In this document: in pieces, positions 7,914-16,429 of the stretch
Layout of the letters: each line of letters begins with the position of its first letter
Position numbering within the stretch: the first letter of the stretch is position 1
Source of the DNA: an uncultured Planctomycetota bacterium
Lineage (GTDB): Bacteria; Planctomycetota; CAZGEP01
Length of the DNA: 60,890 bases
Direction: 5' to 3'
NCBI GenBank assembly: GCA_964524955.1
Contig: CAZGEP010000006.1
Location: 1 to 60,890, forward strand
Translations under genes and position numbers: made by a program
The notes under the pieces: generated by a model
Told to the model about the DNA's origin: nothing
Seen by the model: the letters and a program-made list of their open reading frames with translations, nothing else
Database searches by the model: none

Positions 7914-8347
7914 ATGAAAATGGCTTCAGGAAAAAACATCCTTCACTTGTGTCTGCTGGTTATTCTTTTCTTTTCAGTCACGCTTTCGGCTGCTTCAAAA
8001 ACACACAGACGCATTGCTGCACCTCAACAAACTCGAGTCCCGGAGAACCGACTCAAAACTCACCGCGGACATCTTTCACAAAAAAGCCTGTTCCTGTTTC
8101 TATATCGCATCCTACACGTTGTCTCTTGAAGCCTTTCGGAAATACCTGAAACTGAATTTTTCGGAACCTTGACAAGGAACCCCCACAGTTTATCTGCGAC
8201 GTCAATTACTTTCTCGGGCTCTGCTTTCTGCACAACAAGGAGAAAAAAACAGCCGCGCGGTATTTCAAAAAATGCACCCAGTCTGGAAATGTGAATTCAG
8301 AACAGATTCTCGGTGCAGAATATTTCCTAAAAATAATAAGCAGGTAA
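7914..8347 (+). pseudogene. degraded secreted TPR protein with NlpI-like C-terminus
   Basis: Signal-peptide ORF 7914..8129; a separate downstream segment reads LDKEPPQFICDVNYFLGLCFLHNKEKKTAARYFKKCTQSGNVNSEQILGAEYFLKIISR*. Confidence 0.45.
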
Positions 8348-8430
8348 TTAATTTCCATCTTGACGATTTCAAACAGACAATATAATAACCAGTATAGGTT
8401 GCTGGTTGAAATCATCGCCTCTACGGCGCT

Positions 8431-10419
8431 ATGTTCCCTTTCTTTTTCCGGAGCCGGAAAATGCCTCCTGTGCTGATCGGAGGACATCCCTTTGAAAGAA
8501 ATAAAGACGGTAAACCCATGGTCAACATGGGAGAAGTCTTTCCGGCTCACAATACCGTTGTCTTTGGAAACGGTACGCACCAGATCGTCCGCGAAGACTA
8601 CATCGACTACCTGAACAACGAACGAGCCAAAAAGAACCTCGCCTGTCTTTCCTTTGAAAAAGAAATCATTCTGACCCGTTCCTGTGTGGATCTGGTAGTC
8701 AGAGGAGACATCCTTTACATCCGGCCCAAACCCACGGAAAAGGGCATGAAGATGGCATTTGAAGCCGACCGAATGCTCCAGGAGATCGTACCGGAACAGC
8801 GGATTAAATTCATGGGCCTGGACGATCCCTTCATTCGCCAGGCCATCAAGAAACGCGGTGAACTCTGGCGAATCAGCTCGCTGCCGCGAACCCGGGATGG
8901 AAAAAGGCAGCTGATCCGTAATTCCAAGATTCATATTCAGCACCGCAAGATGTATTATCACAATGCAGTGACTGGAACCAAGTACCTGACCTACTGGGAA
9001 TTTGAAAAACTGGGACGGCTCAAGCCGGCCACTGTTGCCCGCTGTCTCAAAGAGATCGCGGTCTATCTTCAGTCAAAGAATCACATCAACCAGCCCGAAC
9101 TGGTTCTCTTCAAAGCCCGGGAAAAAGTATTTACCAAGAAATACCTGAAGTATGACTACGCTGACCTGCCCCCCAAGGCTGTTATGACAATCTATACGCA
9201 GCTGCGAACGCGATTCCGGGAAGCGGTTGAGTCCCGCGATTTTCTCAAAGACGACGCAAATAACCAGAAGTGGTGTGAGCAGATGCTTAACGCCCTGGTC
9301 AAGCGCAATGACGAGGTCTCCGAGGAACTTTCTCTGGGCCTCTGCCCGGAATTTTTTATGTACATTAAGTGGTTTCCTGGTGCCTACATCATTGAGGGGG
9401 AACTGGTCTTTGATCCGATTTTTGATAAAAAAGAAACCATGCCTCACGACAGTGAACTCGCAAGACTCTGCGATGAAAAGGTCAAAAAGCTGATTTTCAA
9501 CTACATGCGGGAATTCAGCAAAATTGAATATATAAATATTGGCCGGATCATTGAATCTGCTTCCAAGCGTATAAAGATTCCGGGACGGCGGGATGTATAT
9601 ATTGCAGTGATCAAAATTCCTGAAAAGAACGAAGAGGTCATCAAGTTCATCCGCATGCAGAAATTCGGTATCAAAGAGTACCTTGAAGACGGGCATAGTC
9701 TGTTCAGCGCCATGGTCAAGTCTGAAAAATACATCGAATATGTACTCGACCGCCATGCCGGGTGCAAGCAGCTGGGAATGAACCTGCTTCCTTTCCGAAC
9801 CGCCAAGGTCAGTGAAAAGTTTCACGGCGTAACCATCGGAACCAATTACATTGAGCGCAACTATGTACACGGATTTGCAACCGACAAGCTCTCTGTAACC
9901 AAACTCAAAACTGAAAAGTACTGCCACCGTTTCTTCGAGCTGCTCGGGCAGGCCGCAGCCATTAACCTGGTCGTGGGAAGATCCTTTAATAAGCGAGCCC
10001 TCTTTGACGACGGGGATGAAGTCGTCCTCGAAGACATAAAAGGAATGCCCAGGGAGATCCTCGTGTCCAGCATTACCGGCAGCTTTGAAGACTACAGAAC
10101 AGAGATGGACAGGTATGCAGATCAATACGCTGTTCCGATCAACAAACGTCGTAAGTTATTAGGAAAGCGCCTCTTCCGGAAAGCAGCAGATACATACATC
10201 CTGTCGCTGGAAAACAATCTCCTGGAAATAAAAAAGCATTACAGAGAAAGACAACGGGCCTTTGACATGCTTTTTCACGACCGGGAAAATACAGCAGAGA
10301 GTTTTCGCTATAAATGGGAACAGGTACTGAACCGGCTGGACAGGACCAATGCCCATGCCCTTTCGCAAAGTGTTCGCCAGCATATTGACGAGTACACAAC
10401 TGCAAACGGCCGGTCATAG
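8431..10419 (+). CDS. hypothetical protein (662 aa), no family recognised
   Basis: Long uninterrupted ORF with protein-like composition; start could be 8461. Confidence 0.85.
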   Translation: MFPFFFRSRKMPPVLIGGHPFERNKDGKPMVNMGEVFPAHNTVVFGNGTHQIVREDYIDYLNNERAKKNLACLSFEKEIILTRSCVDLVVRGDILYIRPKPTEKGMKMAFEADRMLQEIVPEQRIKFMGLDDPFIRQAIKKRGELWRISSLPRTRDGKRQLIRNSKIHIQHRKMYYHNAVTGTKYLTYWEFEKLGRLKPATVARCLKEIAVYLQSKNHINQPELVLFKAREKVFTKKYLKYDYADLPPKAVMTIYTQLRTRFREAVESRDFLKDDANNQKWCEQMLNALVKRNDEVSEELSLGLCPEFFMYIKWFPGAYIIEGELVFDPIFDKKETMPHDSELARLCDEKVKKLIFNYMREFSKIEYINIGRIIESASKRIKIPGRRDVYIAVIKIPEKNEEVIKFIRMQKFGIKEYLEDGHSLFSAMVKSEKYIEYVLDRHAGCKQLGMNLLPFRTAKVSEKFHGVTIGTNYIERNYVHGFATDKLSVTKLKTEKYCHRFFELLGQAAAINLVVGRSFNKRALFDDGDEVVLEDIKGMPREILVSSITGSFEDYRTEMDRYADQYAVPINKRRKLLGKRLFRKAADTYILSLENNLLEIKKHYRERQRAFDMLFHDRENTAESFRYKWEQVLNRLDRTNAHALSQSVRQHIDEYTTANGRS

Positions 10420-10426
10420 TTTTAGC

Positions 10427-10454
10427 TTGACTTTATGCACACTCCGGATATAGT
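10427..10454 (+). promoter_or_regulatory. sigma70-type promoter of the BMC operon
   Basis: TTGACT-16 nt-TATAGT, about 55 nt upstream of pduL. Confidence 0.5.
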
Positions 10455-10507
10455 AGAACCCTTCAAAGATCTGTTACGAATAAAACCCATTTTGAACGAT
10501 TCTGATT

Positions 10508-11260
10508 ATGGTGAATGAGAAAGGTTTAGCATCGTATTGTCAGGACTGCGGTTTATGTTCAGTGGATAAACCTGCGCCTGACTATTCCAGCGCATCCGAT
10601 AACGGCAGCAATGACCTCGCGGATATCATTTCCAGGGAAATTCTCCGCAGCCTCAAGCAGGAACCCGCAGCAGACCCCGGATCCAAAACAATTCCCATTG
10701 GGGTGTCCAACCGCCATGCACATTTGACGGAAAAGACATTTAAATATCTCTTTGGCGATGATACGGAACTGAGCGTGTATCGCGAGTTGTACCAGGAAGG
10801 TGAATTCGCCTCTGAACAGACCATTACGGTAGCCGGAAACAAGATGCGGGCCATTCAGAACCTGCGGATTCTCGGCCCCTTGCGGAAATACGACCAGGTC
10901 GAACTTTCCCTGACCGATGCCGTTCAGATCGGCATCAATCCGCCGATTAAGAATTCAGGCGATCTGGCCGGCGGCGCGCCGCTGACACTGATTGGCCCCA
11001 AACGCTCGCTGTACATTGAAGAATGTGCGATTATCGCCAACCGCCACATCCATATGACTCACCGGGATGCAGATGCGTTCGGCGTAGCGGACGGCGATTT
11101 CTGCAAAATCCGTGTGGGCGGTGAAAAGGGAATTATCTTTGAGAACGTACTGATTCGTATCAACGACGACTGGAAACTTCAACTGCACCTGGACACAGAT
11201 GACGCGAATGCTGCGAACATCCGCTGTTCCATGTCAGCGGAATTTTACGGAAAGATGTAG
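10508..11260 (+). CDS. pduL: phosphate propanoyltransferase (PTAC) with N-terminal encapsulation peptide
   Basis: IPIGVSNRHAHL, LRILGPLR..DQVELSLTD, IIANRHIHMT, LHLDTDDANA. Confidence 0.95.
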   Translation: MVNEKGLASYCQDCGLCSVDKPAPDYSSASDNGSNDLADIISREILRSLKQEPAADPGSKTIPIGVSNRHAHLTEKTFKYLFGDDTELSVYRELYQEGEFASEQTITVAGNKMRAIQNLRILGPLRKYDQVELSLTDAVQIGINPPIKNSGDLAGGAPLTLIGPKRSLYIEECAIIANRHIHMTHRDADAFGVADGDFCKIRVGGEKGIIFENVLIRINDDWKLQLHLDTDDANAANIRCSMSAEFYGKM

Positions 11261-11267
11261 AAGCGCT

Positions 11268-11555
11268 ATGCAATTCGGCAAAGTCACTGGATCTATTGTA
11301 TCAACCAGAAAATCCGAGAATATTACGGGCAGGCGGCTGCTGGTGGTTGAGCATGTGGACGAAAACCTGAAAACGGCCGGCAAAACCTATGCCTGTGTGG
11401 ACTCGGTGGGTGCCGGGATCGGCGATATTGTTCTCTGCTGCTCATCGTCTTCGGCCCGAAAAACCGTCCAGACCAAAGACACATGTACGGACAACACGGC
11501 CGTGGCAATTGTAGACATGATTTCCTGCAGCGGAAAAGATATTTACAGAAAATAA
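11268..11555 (+). CDS. BMC vertex protein (BMC-P, EutN/CcmL family)
   Basis: MQFGKVTGSIVSTRK...DSVGAGIGDIVL...SSARK...VAIVD. Confidence 0.92.
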   Translation: MQFGKVTGSIVSTRKSENITGRRLLVVEHVDENLKTAGKTYACVDSVGAGIGDIVLCCSSSSARKTVQTKDTCTDNTAVAIVDMISCSGKDIYRK

Positions 11556-11588
11556 TTGTTGCACACAGAAGAGGTATCCGCATTGAAT

Positions 11589-11894
11589 ATGGTTTCACTC
11601 GAAAAAATCATTAAACTGGTTTCCACCGGCGTGGTCCGGGAGCTCCACAAACAGGGTGTTCAGGTGGTTTCCGGAAACGCTGAAATCATACCTGCGGACA
11701 GTTCAGCCAGCGGCATGAGCGTAAAGACAGAAAAAATCGACATGAGCAGTTACAAGACCCCGGTGCTTACGGAGCAGCATCTGTCCCGACTCCACGAGCT
11801 GACCGGTACGGTAGTCGTTCCCCGCGGCACGGTTATTACGCCCAAGGCCAGGGAAGCGATCAAGGCAAAGAAACTATACATACGGTTTGAATAA
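11589..11894 (+). CDS. small BMC-associated protein with N-terminal encapsulation-peptide-like helix
   Basis: LEKIIKLVSTGVVREL, then VLTEQHL...VVVPRGTVITPKAREAIK. Confidence 0.75.
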   Translation: MVSLEKIIKLVSTGVVRELHKQGVQVVSGNAEIIPADSSASGMSVKTEKIDMSSYKTPVLTEQHLSRLHELTGTVVVPRGTVITPKAREAIKAKKLYIRFE

Positions 11895-11919
11895 ATTTTC
11901 TGTTCAATTGGAGGTGAAC

Positions 11920-12198
11920 ATGGACAAAGTAACGCTTGGGTTTGTAGAAACCCGTGGAAACACCGGTTCGGTTATGGCCATTGATGCCATGCTGAAAACA
12001 GCGGATGTCGAACTGGTGAAGAAGGTCGGCATCGGCGGCGGCTATGTAACGGCCGTTGTGCGCGGCGAAGTCGGTGCAGTCAAGTCCTCTGTGGAAGCGG
12101 GCGCAGAATTCGCTGCCAGAGTGGGAGAGCTGGTTTGCGCAAATGTAATCCCATCCGCGCACCAGGATGTATTTAAACTAATCGGAATCAGCAAATAG
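11920..12198 (+). CDS. BMC hexamer shell protein (BMC-H)
   Basis: LGFVETRG...AIDAMLKTADV...IGGGYVTAVVRGEVGAVK; GGAGG RBS. Confidence 0.95.
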   Translation: MDKVTLGFVETRGNTGSVMAIDAMLKTADVELVKKVGIGGGYVTAVVRGEVGAVKSSVEAGAEFAARVGELVCANVIPSAHQDVFKLIGISK

Positions 12199-12209
12199 GA
12201 GGAACCCCC

Positions 12210-12509
12210 ATGCAGGAAGCTCTCGGTGTAATTGAAGCCATCGGGTTTGCCACCGCCATGGAAGCGGCGGACGCCGCGGTCAAAGCGGCAAATATTAAAC
12301 TCGGCGAATGGCTTAGAGTCGGCGGCGGTAAAGTAAACGTGATCGTTCGCGGCGACGTGGCCGCAGTCAAGGCAGCGGTTGAAGCCGGTGTGGCATCGGC
12401 ATCCGGTATCGGAGAAGTCTGCGCTCAGTGCGTGATCCCGAGACCCACAGATAAGCTTGTACCCACGTTTCCCATTGATCCGGCAAAAAAGACCCGGTCC
12501 GGAAAATAA
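12210..12509 (+). CDS. BMC hexamer shell protein (BMC-H)
   Basis: ALGVIE..G...AADAAVKAANI...VRGDVAAVKAAV...VIPRP. Confidence 0.95.
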   Translation: MQEALGVIEAIGFATAMEAADAAVKAANIKLGEWLRVGGGKVNVIVRGDVAAVKAAVEAGVASASGIGEVCAQCVIPRPTDKLVPTFPIDPAKKTRSGK

Positions 12510-12565
12510 GTACCGGAAACACCGGTTTTCAACATTCTGAATCCAGAAAAAACAGGAGAATACCA

Positions 12566-12841
12566 ATGGCTCAGATTAAATCAATAGGCGTTCTGGAGAC
12601 AAGAGGGTTTGTTCCTCTTATCGAGGGAGCGGACGCCGCACTCAAAGCCGCAAATGTCGACCTGGTCGAATGGCGGCAGGTCGGCAGCGGGATTGTTTCC
12701 TTTACCGTGGAAGGTGAAGTCGCTGCCGTTCGTTCGGCAATTGATTCCGCCCGTTCTGCGGCATCCGCTGCCGGTGAGGTGGTTTCAGACATCGTCATCC
12801 CCAGACCCGTGGATGAACTGAAGACAACCTATAATCAGTAA
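12566..12841 (+). CDS. BMC hexamer shell protein (BMC-H)
   Basis: IGVLETRG...ADAALKAANV...VGSG...GEVAAVRSA...VIPRP. Confidence 0.95.
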   Translation: MAQIKSIGVLETRGFVPLIEGADAALKAANVDLVEWRQVGSGIVSFTVEGEVAAVRSAIDSARSAASAAGEVVSDIVIPRPVDELKTTYNQ

Positions 12842-12859
12842 GGCAGGCGGAGGCATGAC

Positions 12860-13129
12860 ATGATTTTTGCCAAAGTAACGGGCAGTGTTGTATCAACCCA
12901 GAAAGACGAAAAGCTTTCCGGGAAAAAGCTTTTGCTCTGCCGGGAAACCGACTGCAGGGGCAAGGCCATGGACACGTACCATGTGGCCGTGGACGCGGTG
13001 CAGGCCGGAGAAGGTGACTTTGTTCTTGTCTCCTACGGATCCGCTGCCCGCATGACCGATGTAACCAAAGATCTTCCCATTGACGCCGTGGTCATGGCCA
13101 TTATCGACGGCATTGAACTCAGCGGATAA
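12860..13129 (+). CDS. BMC vertex protein (BMC-P, EutN/CcmL family)
   Basis: MIFAKVTGSVVSTQK...VAVDAVQAGEGDFVLV..GSAAR...PIDAVVMAIID. Confidence 0.95.
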   Translation: MIFAKVTGSVVSTQKDEKLSGKKLLLCRETDCRGKAMDTYHVAVDAVQAGEGDFVLVSYGSAARMTDVTKDLPIDAVVMAIIDGIELSG

Positions 13130-13141
13130 GGCGGTGATTTC

Positions 13142-13402
13142 ATGAAAATCGGCAGAGTTATCGGAAAAGTCTGGGCCGAACGGAAAGTCAAACAACTGCA
13201 CGCCTGCCGGCTGCACATCCTTCAGCCCCTGACATCTGAAATGAAGAAAGCCGGTCAACCGCTGGTAGCGGCGGATCCGAAAAACATTGCCGGCGACAAG
13301 GACCTGGTGGTCTATGTTACCAGCACGGACGCAGTGCAGGCCTTTGACGGCATTGCCCCGGTAAATGCGAGCGTCGTGGAGCTCATTGACTCAATAGACT
13401 GA
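13142..13402 (+). CDS. BMC vertex protein (BMC-P, divergent)
   Basis: MKIGRVIGKVWAERK...VAAD...AG..DLV...PVNASVVELID. Confidence 0.88.
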   Translation: MKIGRVIGKVWAERKVKQLHACRLHILQPLTSEMKKAGQPLVAADPKNIAGDKDLVVYVTSTDAVQAFDGIAPVNASVVELIDSID

Positions 13403-13433
13403 CGCGCTTTTATTCAATCACAGAGGTTTACAG

Positions 13434-13712
13434 ATGTTTCTGGCCCGAATCAAGAATTCAATCACAGCAACAGAAAAACACCCCGCCTACAATGCCAAAA
13501 GGGTATTCTGTGTACGCACCATCCGGCCCGACGGCAGCGAAACCGGCAAAGAATGGGTGGCCATGGACTACGTGGGCGCCGGCATCGGCGATATCGTGGT
13601 CTGCGGCGGTGCCCCCGGCGCGGCCCAGGAAGTATTTTCCCTGGACAAAGCCCCTATCCGGACCCTGATCATGGCCATCGTGGACCGCATTGACCACCGG
13701 GACGACCTATGA
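13434..13712 (+). CDS. BMC vertex protein (BMC-P, divergent)
   Basis: MFLARI...ITATEKH...VAMDYVGAGIGDIV...PIRTLIMAIVD. Confidence 0.9.
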   Translation: MFLARIKNSITATEKHPAYNAKRVFCVRTIRPDGSETGKEWVAMDYVGAGIGDIVVCGGAPGAAQEVFSLDKAPIRTLIMAIVDRIDHRDDL

Positions 13713-15010
13713 CGCTTGAACGCATTGCTCAAAACGGAATCGTAGGCGCAGGCGGCGCGGGATTTCCTGCAGACGTTAAACTCAACGCTCACCCCGAATT
13801 CCTCATCCTCAACGGGGCGGAATGCGAACCCCTGCTCCACAAAGACGAAGAACTCATTCGAAACCACACCGAGGACGTAATTCGGGGAATGCGAATGGCC
13901 ATGGACCTGACCGGTGCGCAAAAAGGCATTGTGGGCATCAAGGGGAAGCACCGGGAAATCATTGAAAAGCTTCGGGATACCGTTCCCCCGGAAATTGACA
14001 TTACTGAAATCGGCGACTTTTATCCGGCCGGAGATGAAATCACGCTGATCTACGTGACCACCGGACGGATTGTTCAGCCCGGCCAGCTGCCGCTCAGCGC
14101 CGGGTGCGTGGTGCAGAACCCCGAGACCCTGTACAACATTGCCATGGAAAAACCGGTTACGGAGAAATTCCTGACCGTGGCCGGTGCGGTCAAGAACCCC
14201 CGTACCATCAATGTGCCGATTGGTACGCGCTATTCGGACATTCTTTCTCATTTTGAAATTACCACCCGCAATTATGTGATTCGCACCAACGGCCTGATGA
14301 TGGGGCGGCTGGACACATCGCTGGATATCCCGGTCACCAAGACCACAGGCGGGATCATTGTGTTGCCTGCAGACCATCACTGCGTCCGGATGTATGAACG
14401 CTACAATAATCCGCAGAGCACGGTGCGCATTGCCAAGGCCGGGTGTGATCAGTGCAGTTTCTGCACCGAACTTTGCCCCCGGTACCTGCTCGGCCATCCA
14501 GTGCGCCCCGAGACCGCCATGCGAAACCGAATGTTTGCTTCCCAGGGCAGCGATCCGGTGAACGCAGGCAACCTCTTCTGCTGCGAATGCAACCTTTGCA
14601 CGTTTTATGCGTGTCCGGAAAGCCTGGACCCCAAAGGCTCTACCGTGATTGAAAAACGGATTCTCGCCGGTCGAAAGGACAAATGGGAAGGCCGGCCCGT
14701 CAAGGCGCATCCCATGGCCGATTTCCGGAGGGTTCCGACCCAAAAACTCATGCAGCGCCTGGACGTCATGGGCTATGAAGACCACGCGCCCTTTTCTGAC
14801 CTGACAGTGGATGTCCAGCGGGTTACGCTGCCCCTGAAACAGCACGCAGGCAAACCCGCGCTCGCAACAGTCACAGAAAATCAGAATGTAGCTGCCGGGG
14901 AGCGGGTTGCGGAAAGAGACGGTCTGATCTCCGCAAACATTCATTCTCCGGTGCGCGGAATGGTCCGGCGGGTAACTGAAAACGAACTTATTATCGAGAG
15001 GCACGCATGA
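13709..15010 (+). CDS. pduS: PduS/RnfC-like flavin and 4Fe-4S oxidoreductase
   Basis: GIVGAGGAGFP, NGAECEPLL, YPAGDE, CDQCSFCTELCP and CCECNLC...CP, C-terminal LKQHAG...IHSP. Confidence 0.9.
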   Translation: MTLERIAQNGIVGAGGAGFPADVKLNAHPEFLILNGAECEPLLHKDEELIRNHTEDVIRGMRMAMDLTGAQKGIVGIKGKHREIIEKLRDTVPPEIDITEIGDFYPAGDEITLIYVTTGRIVQPGQLPLSAGCVVQNPETLYNIAMEKPVTEKFLTVAGAVKNPRTINVPIGTRYSDILSHFEITTRNYVIRTNGLMMGRLDTSLDIPVTKTTGGIIVLPADHHCVRMYERYNNPQSTVRIAKAGCDQCSFCTELCPRYLLGHPVRPETAMRNRMFASQGSDPVNAGNLFCCECNLCTFYACPESLDPKGSTVIEKRILAGRKDKWEGRPVKAHPMADFRRVPTQKLMQRLDVMGYEDHAPFSDLTVDVQRVTLPLKQHAGKPALATVTENQNVAAGERVAERDGLISANIHSPVRGMVRRVTENELIIERHA

Positions 15011-15567
15011 AACCGGGAAACGCGGTCGGCGTCATCGAACTGGCAAGTTTACACAAGGGCTTTGAAGTCCTGGACAATATTCTGACATCCACGTCCGTTG
15101 AAAAACTTCTTGCCCGCACCATTTGCTCCGGCAAATATGTGATCATTGTTCGCGGGGAAGTGGCGGATGTGGAAACAGCGGTCTCCATTGCCGAAGAAAC
15201 CGGTAGCTTTGCCGTGGTCAGCGCACTTGTGATTCCCAGTGTGGAAGAGAAAATCTTTCCCGCTATTGCCGGCACCACAACATTGGATTCAGGCAGCGTC
15301 GGTGCCATTGCTGTAATCGAAACGTTTTCCGTGGCTGCGGCCATCAAGGCTGCGGATTTTGCGGCCAAGGAAGCAGACATCACGATTCTGCGTATTCACG
15401 TGGCTATGGCCATCGGCGGCAAGGGGCTGATCGTACTGACCGGTGATATTGAAGCCATCCGGTCCGCAGTGCCCCCGGCAGTGGAATTCATCGGCCAGGA
15501 GGGAATGCTGGCCGGATACAGCATTATTACGGATCCGCACGAAGATGTATTGCGGGATCTGCTTTAA
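15007..15567 (+). CDS. pduT: tandem-domain BMC shell protein (BMC-T, PduT-like)
   Basis: Two BMC domains; TICSGKY carries the Fe-S ligand Cys; AIGGKG. Confidence 0.9.
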   Translation: MKPGNAVGVIELASLHKGFEVLDNILTSTSVEKLLARTICSGKYVIIVRGEVADVETAVSIAEETGSFAVVSALVIPSVEEKIFPAIAGTTTLDSGSVGAIAVIETFSVAAAIKAADFAAKEADITILRIHVAMAIGGKGLIVLTGDIEAIRSAVPPAVEFIGQEGMLAGYSIITDPHEDVLRDLL

Positions 15568-15619
15568 TTCAACATAGTCGCCAAAGGCGACGTACGTTTT
15601 TTCTTCAAGGAACATACCA

Positions 15620-16426
15620 ATGAGTGCATATACCAACACAGGCGGTGAATGGGAACTCAGAAAAAATATCATCGAAGTGGGCCGACGAATCTGGACCCGC
15701 GGTTATGTGGCTGCCAATGACGGCAACATCACCGTCAAAATCAGTGACAATGAAATCCTGACCACGCCCACCGGTGTGAGCAAGGGATTCATGACTCAGG
15801 ACATGATCATCAAAATGTCCATGGACGGAAAGATCCTCTCCGGCGGCAATGGAAAGTATCGTCCCTCCAGTGAAGTCAAGATGCATCTGGAGGTCTACGA
15901 ACAGCGGGATGACATCTGTTCCGTAATCCACGCACATCCACCGTACTGCACCAGTTTTGCCGTGGCCGGCATTCTTCTGGACAAATGCGTGCTGCCCGAA
16001 GCGGTTCTGACCCTGGGCGCTGTTCCCATTGCCAAGTATGGAACGCCCTCCACCCGGGAGATTCCGGATTCTATTCAGCCGCTCATCCAGAACTGCGATG
16101 CGGTTCTGCTGGCCAACCACGGTGCTCTTACGCTCGGTACCGATCTATTCAATGCCTATCACAAGATGGAAACCCTGGAGCATACCGCGAACATCACCTT
16201 CTTTGCTATCAACCTGGGCAACGTGAATATGATACCGGGTGACGAAGTCCGAAAACTCATGGAACTCAGAGAGAAAATGAATATCCCCGGCCGGATCAGC
16301 ACCTGTGCATCAGGGATCGCTCCGGCGCAGCCGGCTGCCCAGCCAACGTCTGCCGCGTCTGAGGAGCAGATACAGGAGCTGACCCGCAAGGTTCTGGAAC
16401 GAGTCAAGGATGCCACAGGAAAATAA
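15620..16426 (+). CDS. class II aldolase/adducin family protein (fuculose/rhamnulose-phosphate aldolase-like) with C-terminal encapsulation peptide
   Basis: DGNIT, PSSEVKMHL, HAHPP, LLANHG; linker followed by EEQIQELTRKVLERVK. Confidence 0.92.
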   Translation: MSAYTNTGGEWELRKNIIEVGRRIWTRGYVAANDGNITVKISDNEILTTPTGVSKGFMTQDMIIKMSMDGKILSGGNGKYRPSSEVKMHLEVYEQRDDICSVIHAHPPYCTSFAVAGILLDKCVLPEAVLTLGAVPIAKYGTPSTREIPDSIQPLIQNCDAVLLANHGALTLGTDLFNAYHKMETLEHTANITFFAINLGNVNMIPGDEVRKLMELREKMNIPGRISTCASGIAPAQPAAQPTSAASEEQIQELTRKVLERVKDATGK

Positions 16427-16429
16427 ATC

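Noticed and set aside
9073-10125. 350-aa minus-strand ORF
   Set aside because: Antisense shadow of the 662-aa gene with no motifs.
13568-15004. 478-aa minus-strand ORF, considered as a hidden BMC dehydrogenase
   Set aside because: Antisense shadow of pduS; no ALDH or ADH motifs.
15577-15602. GTCGCC-AAA-GGCGAC hairpin plus T-run between pduT and the aldolase gene
   Set aside because: Only a 6-bp stem and the T-run is offset by 5 nt; too weak to call a terminator, though it may modulate the operon.
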